Shown one piece after another: positions 16,616-23,950 of a DNA stretch of 23,950 nt. Positions within the stretch are counted from its first letter, which is position 1; each line of letters starts with the position of its first letter. The stretch is from a virus (Duplodnaviria > Heunggongvirae > Uroviricota > Caudoviricetes). Below the pieces are notes generated by a model. That model did no database searches and was not told the origin of the DNA. It worked only from the letters and a program-made list of their open reading frames with translations. The DNA lies in IMG/VR virus record IMGVR_UViG_2563366917_000002, one strand, 5' to 3'. The translations under genes and the position numbers were made by a program.

Positions 16616-16746
16616 TTGAGTCTCGATATTAGCTGATAACCCAATACCTGAGTTATTCACTGACTCCGAATCTGTTACGTTTCTGCCTTTATTGCGATAC
16701 GTAGTATCCCCTTAATTTACACCCGCTTTGTCTGCGAGGTGGGGTT

Positions 16747-16962
16747 ATGAAATCCATGGATAAGTTAACAACGGGTGTCGCCTATGGTACCTCAGCAGGT
16801 AGTGCCGGGTACTGGTTTTTACAGTTGCTCGATAAAGTCACGCCCTCACAGTGGGCGGCAATAGGTGTGCTGGGTAGCCTGGTATTTGGCCTGCTGACGT
16901 ACCTGACAAACCTTTATTTCAAGATTAAAGAAGATAAGCGCAAGGCTGCGAGAGGTGAATAA
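16747..16962 (+). CDS. S: class II holin, phage 21 S21-type pinholin
   Basis: 71-aa ORF with a dual-start motif (MKSMDK...) and two transmembrane segments ([17 protein letters not shown]... / [23 protein letters not shown]). Resembles S21 as recalled. Confidence 0.85.
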
Positions 16963-17459
16963 TGCCTCCATCATTACGAAAAGCCGTTGCTGCTGCTATT
17001 GGTGGCGGAGCAATTGCTATAGCATCAGTGTTAATCACTGGCCCAAGTGGTAACGATGGTCTGGAAGGTGTCAGCTACATACCATACAAAGATATTGTTG
17101 GTGTATGGACTGTATGTCACGGGCATACAGGAAAAGACATCATGCTCGGTAAAACGTATACCAAAGCAGAATGCAAAGCCCTCCTGAATAAAGACCTTGC
17201 CACGGTCGCCAGACAAATTAACCCGTACATCAAAGTCGATATACCGGAAACAATGCGCGGCGCTCTTTACTCATTCGTTTACAACGTGGGTGCTGGCAAT
17301 TTCAGAACATCGACGCTTCTTCGCAAAATAAACCAGGGCGATATCAAAGGCGCATGTGATCAGCTACGTCGCTGGACATATGCTGGCGGTAAGCAATGGA
17401 AAGGTCTCATGACTCGTCGTGAGATTGAGCGTGAAATCTGTTTGTGGGGTCAGCAATGA
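16962..17459 (+). CDS. R: SAR endolysin (lysozyme with N-terminal signal-anchor-release domain)
   Basis: 165-aa ORF with a Gly/Ala-rich hydrophobic N-terminus ([18 protein letters not shown]), followed by a T4-lysozyme-like catalytic region. Confidence 0.85.
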   Translation: MPPSLRKAVAAAIGGGAIAIASVLITGPSGNDGLEGVSYIPYKDIVGVWTVCHGHTGKDIMLGKTYTKAECKALLNKDLATVARQINPYIKVDIPETMRGALYSFVYNVGAGNFRTSTLLRKINQGDIKGACDQLRRWTYAGGKQWKGLMTRREIEREICLWGQQ

Positions 17460-17917
17460 ACAGAGTAACCGCGATTATCTCCGCTCTGGTTATCTGCATC
17501 ATCGTCTGCCTGTCATGGGCTGTTAATCATTACCGTGATAACGCCATTACCTACAAAGCCCAGCGCGACAAAAATGCCAGAGAACTGACGCTGGCGAACG
17601 CGGTAATTACTGACATACAGATGCGTCAGCGTGATGTTGCTGCGCTCGATGCAAAATACACGAAGGAGTTAGCTGATGCGAAAGCTGAAAATGATGCTCT
17701 GCGTGATGATGTTGCCGCTGGTCGTCGTCGGTTGCACATCAAAGCAGTCTGTCAGTCAGTGCGTGAAGCCACCACCGCCTCCGGCGTGGATAATGCAGCC
17801 TCCCCCCGACTGGCAGACACCGCTGAACGGGATTATTTCACCCTCAGAGAGAGGCTGATCACTATGCAAAAACAACTGGAAGGAACCCAGAAGTATATTA
17901 ATGAGCAGTGCAGATAG
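17456..17917 (+). CDS. Rz: Rz i-spanin
   Basis: ATG overlaps the R stop. N-terminal transmembrane segment, then coiled-coil-like periplasmic domain. Confidence 0.8.
   Translation: MNRVTAIISALVICIIVCLSWAVNHYRDNAITYKAQRDKNARELTLANAVITDIQMRQRDVAALDAKYTKELADAKAENDALRDDVAAGRRRLHIKAVCQSVREATTASGVDNAASPRLADTAERDYFTLRERLITMQKQLEGTQKYINEQCR
17676..17858 (+). CDS. Rz1: Rz1 o-spanin lipoprotein, embedded in the +1 frame of Rz
   Basis: 60-aa ORF with a lipobox (LVVVGCTS) and a proline-rich stretch ([18 protein letters not shown]), lying wholly inside Rz. Confidence 0.75.
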   Translation: MRKLKMMLCVMMLPLVVVGCTSKQSVSQCVKPPPPPAWIMQPPPDWQTPLNGIISPSERG

Positions 17918-17948
17918 AGCTGCCCATATCGATGGGCAACTCATGCAA

Positions 17949-18242
17949 TTATTGTGAGCAATACACACGCGCTTCCAGCGGAGTATAAATGCCTAAAGTA
18001 ATAAAACCGAGCAATCCATTTACGAATGTTTGCTGGGTTTCTGTTTTAACAACATTTTCTGCACCACCACAAATTTTTGCTGCATCGACAGTTTTCTTCT
18101 GCCCAATTCCCGAAACGAAGAAATGATGGGTGATGGTTTCCTTTGGTGTTACTGCTGTAGGTTTGTTTCCAACAGTAAACGTCTGTTGAGCACATCCTGT
18201 AATAAGCATTGCCAGAGCGGCAGAAAACAACATTTTTTTCAT
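17949..18242 (-). CDS. bor: Bor serum-resistance lipoprotein
   Basis: 97 aa from MKKMLFSAALAMLITGCAQQ..., matching lambda Bor as recalled. Lipobox LITGC. Confidence 0.9.
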   Translation of the reverse strand: MKKMLFSAALAMLITGCAQQTFTVGNKPTAVTPKETITHHFFVSGIGQKKTVDAAKICGGAENVVKTETQQTFVNGLLGFITLGIYTPLEARVYCSQ

Positions 18243-18722
18243 CTTATTATCCTGCATTGTTAAAAACGGCAGAATCCTATGTGACAACAATTAAACGATA
18301 GTTAAATGGATTGATGAAAATTAAAACTACACAGGTGGGCTCAGACTATTGGAGGAAGTTGGGGACACTCAGAATCCTGTGGAATGAAATAAACCGGTCT
18401 ATCCGTCCATTACCCTTTTAGCTGCGCTGTATCGTCGCCGTATTCCCGCATTAACCATGACCGTAGCCCGACGGGGAATTCCTTCTGCGTGAGTGTGCGG
18501 GAATAATTAAAAACGATGCACACCGGGTTTTTACCGCGTTAATGATTCGCGGGTTTATCCCGGTGCGATGGTGGAAGAAACAGGAAGCTGTATTACAGAA
18601 AGTGCTACTACTGTATCCCGATGCGATGTATGTAATGTGAGTCAGATAATGGCACAGGATGTGGTGATGTGGCAGTCTGGAACACAGGATATATTGTCAG
18701 AATAAGACCCGTAGGAATAAAA

Positions 18723-19049
18723 ATGAAAAGACGCCTTTTACTACTTTTTCTGTTATCTGTCCTGGCAGTGGGATGCTCGCAGCAAAAAGCTGATGAGCCC
18801 CGGCAATTAGTGACGGTGTATCCACGATATCCGGAATATGCTGCAGCAAATTATATCAAGGGGCTGGTTGAGGTTAAGTTCGATATTGGTGCTGATGGGA
18901 CTGTGACACGGATCGTTTTTCTCCGCTCAGAGCCTCATAATTTGTTTCGTGATGAAGTGGTGAAGGCCATGGCGAAATGGCGATTTGAAAAGAATCGCCC
19001 CTGTCAGGGAGTGAAGAGACAATTTATCTTTACGCCGTCACGTCCTTGA
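18723..19049 (+). CDS. lipoprotein consisting of a TonB C-terminal-like domain
   Basis: 108 aa from MKRRLLLLFLLSVLAVGCSQ (lipobox LAVGC). Residues ~30-95 align to the E. coli TonB C-terminal domain (ours YPRYPEYAAANYIKGLVEVKFDIGADGTVTRIVFLRSEPHNLFRDEVVKAMAKWRFE versus TonB [57 protein letters not shown], from memory). Confidence 0.6.
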   Translation: MKRRLLLLFLLSVLAVGCSQQKADEPRQLVTVYPRYPEYAAANYIKGLVEVKFDIGADGTVTRIVFLRSEPHNLFRDEVVKAMAKWRFEKNRPCQGVKRQFIFTPSRP

Positions 19050-19171
19050 TGCTTCCAGGTAGAGAGGGGCTGGAAGCAGGAGAAAAATGAAAGAGCCAGC
19101 GGTTATATTTTTGTCATGGCTGACGAGGAATGATGGAAGAAGGCGTTGTATGCCACACAACGCCTCACTGT

Positions 19172-19351
19172 TCATTTCTTCTTTTTCTCTGGTGGAACCC
19201 GATGAATAAGAGTTGCACTGGTTTCCGATGAGATGGCGATATACTCGGGCAAAGTATGCTGGCAGTTTTCCAACTGGTCAAAAATACCTGCTCTCGTCTG
19301 TTGCAATGCCTGCAGCATGCGGCGGCAATGCGCCTTGCTTTTACTAACCAT
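19172..19351 (-). CDS. small hypothetical protein
   Basis: 59 aa from internal ATG 19351 (MVSKSKAHCRRMLQALQQ...), with a strong GAGGAAGGA Shine-Dalgarno upstream. The track ORF extends further upstream in the same frame. Confidence 0.4.
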   Translation of the reverse strand: MVSKSKAHCRRMLQALQQTRAGIFDQLENCQHTLPEYIAISSETSATLIHRVPPEKKKK

Positions 19352-19412
19352 CTTTCCTTCCTCTATCAGTCGCTGCGTGAACTCATCATGGAATACCAGG
19401 TAAATGCGGATG

Positions 19413-19664
19413 TTATCGGTTTTGGCTACGCAGCATAGTACAAAACGGACAGGTGCATCCCGGGACGGGGGAGGCGTCACATGTCCCTGTGATGGTTGTT
19501 CCGGGTAATGTACTGTGTGGGGCATAAAAATGTCCGATAATTTTACTTTCTACCGCAGTTAGTTGATTCGTTGGTCCTGGTAGCACATTGGGCGAGGATT
19601 TAAATGCCAGGCAACTGAAGGATGATGTCGCAAGGGAGATAGCGAGAATATTTCTGATTTTCAT
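19413..19664 (-). CDS. small secreted cysteine-containing protein
   Basis: 83 aa from ATG 19664 with a signal-peptide-like N-terminus (MKIRNILAISLATSSFSCLA) and a Cys-containing mature part (...GTCDASPVPGCTCPFC...). AGAGG lies upstream. Confidence 0.4.
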   Translation of the reverse strand: MKIRNILAISLATSSFSCLAFKSSPNVLPGPTNQLTAVESKIIGHFYAPHSTLPGTTITGTCDASPVPGCTCPFCTMLRSQNR

Positions 19665-19789
19665 TTGATGATGCCTCTGTGTGAAATGACGGTAAACGAC
19701 GCACTTGTGCCGGCACATAATAGCAAGCACCATAATAGATCAGATTCGATTCTTGCTGTAAGTGATAATTATTCTCGTTTTCGGGTCCT

Positions 19790-19990
19790 TTCCGTCGATC
19801 CAACAGGTTACGGGGCGGCGACCTCGCGGTTTTTCACTATTTATGAAAATTTTTCAGGGAAAATCGTGTCGGTACTTCTCGAATATAACTTTTTGTTTTT
19901 TTTAATATTGCATCCGTAAAGGTCCGACATGAAAGTGTCCGAAAATGCCTTTTTCTGGCGTTTTCATGTCGGGCCTTGTATTTGATAATG
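19790..19990 (+). other. cos: cos site (cosQ-cosN-cosB); cosN 12-nt cohesive-end sequence at 19813-19824
   Basis: ggttacgGGGCGGCGACCTcgcggtttttcactatttatgaaaattttt matches the lambda cosN cohesive end GGGCGGCGACCT and the flanking cosB-like sequence, immediately upstream of nu1. Confidence 0.75.
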
Positions 19991-20000
19991 GGTTGTTTTC

Positions 20001-20549
20001 ATGAAGGTTAATAAAAAGAGGCTTGCCGAAATTTTCAACGTGGACCCGCGGACGATTGAACGCTGGCAGTCTCAGGGACTCCCTTGCGCCTCCAAAGGTA
20101 GTAAGGGCATTGAATCTGTATTTGATACTGCCATGGCAATTCAGTGGTATGCGCAGAGGGAAACTGATATCGAAAACGAAAAGCTCCGCAAAGAACTGGA
20201 CGATTTGCGTGCGGCAGCGGAGTCAGATTTACAACCCGGCACCATTGACTATGAACGCTACCGGCTCACAAAAGCGCAGGCAGATGCGCAGGAACTGAAA
20301 AATGCCCGTGAAGACGGAGTAGTGCTGGAAACTGAACTGTTTACCTTCATTCTGCAACGTGTGGCACAGGAGATTTCGGGGATACTTGTGCGTGTGCCGT
20401 TGACATTACAGCGTAAATATCCGGACATTTCACCATCACACCTTGATGTGGTGAAAACTGAAATCGCGAAAGCCTCCAATGTTGCAGCTAAGGCCGGTGA
20501 AAACGTGGGCGGGTGGATCGATGATTTCAGACGCGCAGAAGGCAGCTAA
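20001..20549 (+). CDS. nu1: terminase small subunit (Nu1-like)
   Basis: 182-aa ORF ([28 protein letters not shown]... winged HTH) homologous to lambda Nu1 as recalled, directly downstream of cos. Confidence 0.9.
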
Positions 20550-21306
20550 TGCAGCCGGTGCGATAGCTACAGGGCTTTTATCTCTCATTATTCCTGTTCC
20601 ACTGACGACAGTTCAGTGGGCCAATAAACATTATTACCTTCCTAAAGAGTCGTCTTATACCCCGGGGCGATGGGAAACACTGCCGTTTCAGGTTGGCATC
20701 ATGAACTGTATGGGCAACGATCTGATTCGCACGGTTAACCTGATTAAATCTGCCCGTGTTGGTTATACAAAGATGTTGCTGGGAGTGGAGGCTTATTTTA
20801 TTGAGCATAAATCACGCAACAGCCTTCTTTTTCAGCCCACGGACTCAGCTGCTGAAGATTTTATGAAATCTCATGTTGAGCCAACGATAAGGGATGTTCC
20901 TGCATTGCTGGAGCTGGCTCCATGGTTCGGAAGAAAACACCGCGATAATACGCTCACCCTGAAGCGTTTTTCCTCCGGTGTGGGGTTCTGGTGTCTGGGT
21001 GGTGCGGCAGCAAAAAACTACCGTGAAAAATCCGTGGATGTGGTCTGTTATGACGAGCTTTCCTCGTTCGAACCGGATGTTGAAAAAGAGGGTTCGCCAA
21101 CCCTGCTGGGGGATAAACGTATTGAGGGCTCTGTATGGCCAAAATCCATTCGCGGCTCGACGCCTAAAATCAAAGGCTCCTGCCAGATCGAAAAAGCCGC
21201 TAACGAGTCGGCACACTTCATGCGTTTTTATGTGCCCTGTCCGCACTGTGGGGAGGAGCAGTATCTGAAATTTGGCGATGATGCCTCGCCTATGAGACGA
21301 CAATAA
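20521..21306 (+). pseudogene. A: terminase large subunit (gpA) 5' fragment, interrupted by an IS insertion
   Basis: Homologous to the lambda gpA N-terminus (...VQWANKHYYLPKESSYTPGRWETLPFQ...). Reading frame is lambda-like up to ...KFGDDASP at 21291, then runs into the IS and stops at 21306. Confidence 0.85.
21285..21291. repeat. target-site duplication (left copy), CTCGCCT
   Basis: The 7-bp sequence ctcgcct occurs at 21285-21291 and again at 23701-23707, flanking the IS. Removing the IS and one copy restores the gpA frame. Confidence 0.6.
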
Positions 21307-21383
21307 CTCAGTCCGCCTGGCGCCGATTATTCTGGCCGGTTTTGTAACCTGAGTGTCATTTACATGATCCAACAGGAAATGGC

Positions 21384-22883
21384 GTGACGCTCAATACTTC
21401 TCAGGTCAGTTACTATATGACTCAGCGTAAGAAAGGTATAACTCAGCATATCTCGGCCATGAAGGCTGGTATCTCAGTCCGTTCTGGTCGTCGGATCGAA
21501 AAAGGAGAGTGGGCAAAAAACAGTGTTCGGCACTGGCGCACACGCAAAGATCCTCTGGAAGCTGTGTGGGACAGCATGCTTGTTCCTCTGTTGAAAGAGA
21601 GGCCGGCTCTGACACCAACAACTCTGCTGGAGATGCTACAGGATAAATATCCCGGCCAGTACCCCAACAGCCTTCGAAGAACAATGCAACGGCGGGTCCG
21701 CGAATGGAAGCTACAGTATGGTGCAGAGCAGGAGGTCATGTTCCGCCAGCGACATCAGCCCGGTCTGCGAGGTCTGTCGGACTTTACTGAACTGAAAGGT
21801 GTAGTTGTCACCATCGCCGGTAAGTTGTTGGCGCATAAGTTGTATCACTTCCGTCTGGAATGGAGCCACTGGAGCTGGATGCGGGTTGTGCTGGGTGGTG
21901 AGAGCTTCTCTGCTCTGGCTGAAGGTCTGCAGGAAGCCCTCGGACAACTGGGCGGAGTGCCGGTAGAACATAAAACGGACAGCCTGAGGGCAGCATGGAA
22001 ACAACAGGGCGAAGATGGACGCCGCGAGCTGACTGAGCGTTATGCTGCTCTCTGTCAGCACTACGGAATGCAGGGCGTACACAATAATGCCGGTCGGGGC
22101 CACGAAAATGGCTCGGTTGAAAGTGCCCACGGACATCTGAAAAGGCGTATCTGTCAGGCGCTGATACTGCGGGGCAGTAACGACTTCAGCACCATAGAAG
22201 AATATCAGGCCTTCATCACTCAGCAGGTTATGCGGCACAACCGTAACAATCAGGATCTGGTCAAGGAAGAACGTCTTCATCTGAAACCGCTGCCGCTTCG
22301 TCGCAGTGCTGACTATGATGAGCTGACTGTGAGGGTTAGCCGCAGCAGTACCATCAATGTGAAGCACGTCGTCTACAGCGTACCTTCCCGGCTTGTAGGT
22401 CAACTGTTACGGGTCCGGTTATGGGACGATCGTCTGAGCTGTTACGTTGGCAGCAGCGAGGTCATGAGCTGCCCACGTGTCAGACCAGAAAAAGGGAAGA
22501 CGCGGGCCCGTCGTATCGACTTCCGACATGTGATCGACAGTCTGGCAAAAAAGCCCGGTGCGTTCTGCCATGCAACGCTGAGAAATGACATCCTGCCAGA
22601 CGATGAATGGCGGAGGCTGTGGCGTCGCTTATGTAATCATCTGGAACCCGACATGGCAGGCAGGCTGATGGTACATGCTCTGAAACTGGCTGCAGGATAC
22701 GACGATATCTCAGTCGTGGCAAAAGGTATGGAGCAGATGCTGAATACCCCGGGAAACGTGGATCTGCACCGGCTGATGCGCTTCCTGGGTATAAAGGAAA
22801 AGGCGTTGCCGGTAGTCAATGTGAAACAGCATAACCTGAGCAGTTATGAGCAACTACTGCGTGGCAAGGGAGGTTCGCAGTGA
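21384..22883 (+). CDS. istA: IS21-family transposase IstA
   Basis: 499-aa ORF; the track start is GTG at 21384, and an internal ATG at 21417 is an alternative. N-terminal HTH (ITQHISAMKAGISVRSGRRIEKGEW) followed by a DDE-type integrase core. Confidence 0.85.
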   Translation: MTLNTSQVSYYMTQRKKGITQHISAMKAGISVRSGRRIEKGEWAKNSVRHWRTRKDPLEAVWDSMLVPLLKERPALTPTTLLEMLQDKYPGQYPNSLRRTMQRRVREWKLQYGAEQEVMFRQRHQPGLRGLSDFTELKGVVVTIAGKLLAHKLYHFRLEWSHWSWMRVVLGGESFSALAEGLQEALGQLGGVPVEHKTDSLRAAWKQQGEDGRRELTERYAALCQHYGMQGVHNNAGRGHENGSVESAHGHLKRRICQALILRGSNDFSTIEEYQAFITQQVMRHNRNNQDLVKEERLHLKPLPLRRSADYDELTVRVSRSSTINVKHVVYSVPSRLVGQLLRVRLWDDRLSCYVGSSEVMSCPRVRPEKGKTRARRIDFRHVIDSLAKKPGAFCHATLRNDILPDDEWRRLWRRLCNHLEPDMAGRLMVHALKLAAGYDDISVVAKGMEQMLNTPGNVDLHRLMRFLGIKEKALPVVNVKQHNLSSYEQLLRGKGGSQ

Positions 22884-23635
22884 GCAATATCCATCACCTT
22901 GAACGCAGCCTGCGTAAACTACGCCTGACACGAGTTGGAGCTGAATGGCACGCTCTGGAAAAACGAGCACTGGCAGAAGGCTGGACACCATCGCGCTATC
23001 TTCTGACGCTATGCAATGAAGAACTCCTGTGGCGCGAGAGTGAAAAACTGCGTCGTTATAAAAAGGAGGCCCGGTTGCCAGTTGCCAAAACGCTAAGCGA
23101 ATACGACTTCAGTCAGGTGCCGGAACTGAATGGAGCTCAGTTCCGGCAACTCTGTGAAACGACAGACTGGGTTGATGCAGGAGAAAACGTTCTGCTGTTC
23201 GGAGCCAGCGGGTTGGGGAAAAGCCATCTGGCGGCAGCGATCGTGGATGGCGTAGTAGGCCAGGGCTACCGGGCCCGGTTCTACAGCGCAGGAGAGTTGT
23301 TGCAGGAACTACGTAAAGCCAGAGCGCAGTTGAAACTGAATGAGCTGCTACTGAAACTGGATCGCTACCGGGTGATAGTGGTGGATGATCTTGGCTATGT
23401 CAAACGCGACAGCGCCGAAACGGGAGTACTGTTCGAGTTAATAGCGCATCGCTATGAACGTGGGAGCCTGGTGATAACCAGTAACCATCCGTTCAGCATG
23501 TGGGGCAGCATCTTCGTGGATGAGACTATGGCGGTGGCGGCGGCAGACCGGCTGATCCATCACGGATATATGTTCGAACTGAAAGGTGAAAGCTACAGGA
23601 AAAAGACAGCGAAGGCAGTAACAAGCGCGACTTGA
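22880..23635 (+). CDS. istB: IS21-family helper ATPase IstB (DnaC-like AAA+)
   Basis: 251-aa ORF overlapping the istA stop. Walker A GASGLGKSHLAAA and Walker B VIVVDDLGY. Confidence 0.9.
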   Translation: MSNIHHLERSLRKLRLTRVGAEWHALEKRALAEGWTPSRYLLTLCNEELLWRESEKLRRYKKEARLPVAKTLSEYDFSQVPELNGAQFRQLCETTDWVDAGENVLLFGASGLGKSHLAAAIVDGVVGQGYRARFYSAGELLQELRKARAQLKLNELLLKLDRYRVIVVDDLGYVKRDSAETGVLFELIAHRYERGSLVITSNHPFSMWGSIFVDETMAVAAADRLIHHGYMFELKGESYRKKTAKAVTSAT

Positions 23636-23700
23636 TGTCGCACTGAAGGGTGCGGCCAGTATAGTTGGCGCGAGTCGGCAAAACTAGTTGACGTCTAATA

Positions 23701-23707
23701 CTCGCCT
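23701..23707. repeat. target-site duplication (right copy), CTCGCCT
   Basis: See the left copy at 21285-21291. Confidence 0.6.
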
Positions 23708-23950
23708 TTCGGTCTTAAGTGGGAGAAGAATAAGCCAGAAAGTGTTTTCTACCTTTGTGAGCATCATGGCTGTGTGATCCATCAGTCTGAGCTTGACCAG
23801 AGTAACGGGCGGTGGATCTGTGAAAACACGGGCATGTGGACCCGTGACGGCCTGATGTTTTTCAGCGCCCGGGGTGATGAAATTCCGCCGCCGCGCTCCA
23901 TCACTTTCCATATCTGGACGGCGTACAGTCCGTTCACCACCTGGGTACAG
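23701..23950 (+). pseudogene. A: terminase large subunit (gpA) continuation after the IS; runs off the window end
   Basis: Frame from 23702 translates SPFGLKWEKNKPESVFYLCEHHGCVIHQSELDQSNGRWICENTGMWTRDGLMFFSARGDEIPPPRSITFHIWTAYSPFTTWVQ, homologous to lambda gpA ...FGLKWTPDDPSSVFYLCEH...FHIWTAYSPFTTWVQ as recalled. Confidence 0.8.

Larger units (their letters stand above)
21292..23700 (+). mobile_element. IS21-family insertion sequence (~2.4 kb) carrying istA and istB
   Basis: Two overlapping ORFs with IstA and IstB character. Imperfect terminal inverted repeats (left ATGAGACGACAA..., right complement ATTAGACGTCAA...) with internal repeated GGCGCC/CTGGCCG motifs. Flanked by 7-bp direct repeats. 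Boundaries good to about 2 bp. Confidence 0.8.

Noticed and set aside
16430-16636. 68-aa plus-strand ORF upstream of the holin
   Set aside because: Spans the AT-rich promoter region and runs through the predicted terminator hairpin at 16588-16615. No ribosome-binding site; improbable as a protein.
19665-19919. 84-aa plus-strand ORF (and 67-aa minus-strand ORF) across cos
   Set aside because: They cover cosQ/cosN/cosB, which is the DNA packaging site; the translations are low complexity.
20023-20479. Alternative-frame and antisense ORFs inside nu1
   Set aside because: They overlap the strongly supported Nu1 homologue; no independent support.
20845-21372. 175-aa minus-strand ORF antisense to the terminase 5' fragment
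   Set aside because: Antisense to a clear gpA homologue and extends into the IS end; shadow ORF.
21406-22819. Several minus-strand ORFs (92 to 230 aa) antisense to istA and istB
   Set aside because: IS21-family elements encode istA and istB on one strand. The antisense ORFs are Pro/Ser/Arg-rich with no motif.
23684-23911. 75-aa minus-strand ORF at the right IS junction
   Set aside because: It crosses the IS end and the target duplication and is antisense to the resumed terminase frame.

Overview
This window is the left arm plus packaging start of a mosaic lambdoid prophage (Escherichia/enterobacterial type), running from the 3' end of int, through the early, immunity, replication and lysis regions, to cos and the terminase genes. 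It reads: int-xis, small b-region ORFs, exo-bet-gam-kil-cIII-ea10-ral and sieB (lambda-like), a P22-type N with nutL, a two-gene low-GC module of unknown function sitting where lambda has rexAB, a chimeric cI, cro, cII, O with ori iterons, P, ren, a nin region with an orphan Dam-like methyltransferase and rusA, an 82/DLP12-type Q, an NmpC-like porin moron, a phage-21-type lysis cassette (pinholin, SAR endolysin, Rz/Rz1), bor, a lipoprotein with a TonB C-terminal domain, cos, nu1, and a terminase large-subunit gene split by an IS21-family element (istA/istB) with a 7-bp target duplication. The most promising candidate for an undescribed system is the translationally coupled gene pair at 7470-8776, immediately downstream of cI; the TonB-C lipoprotein at 18723-19049 is the second. 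All calls come from reading the ORF translations and the DNA by eye against remembered protein families; no database search, GC computation or folding was run.
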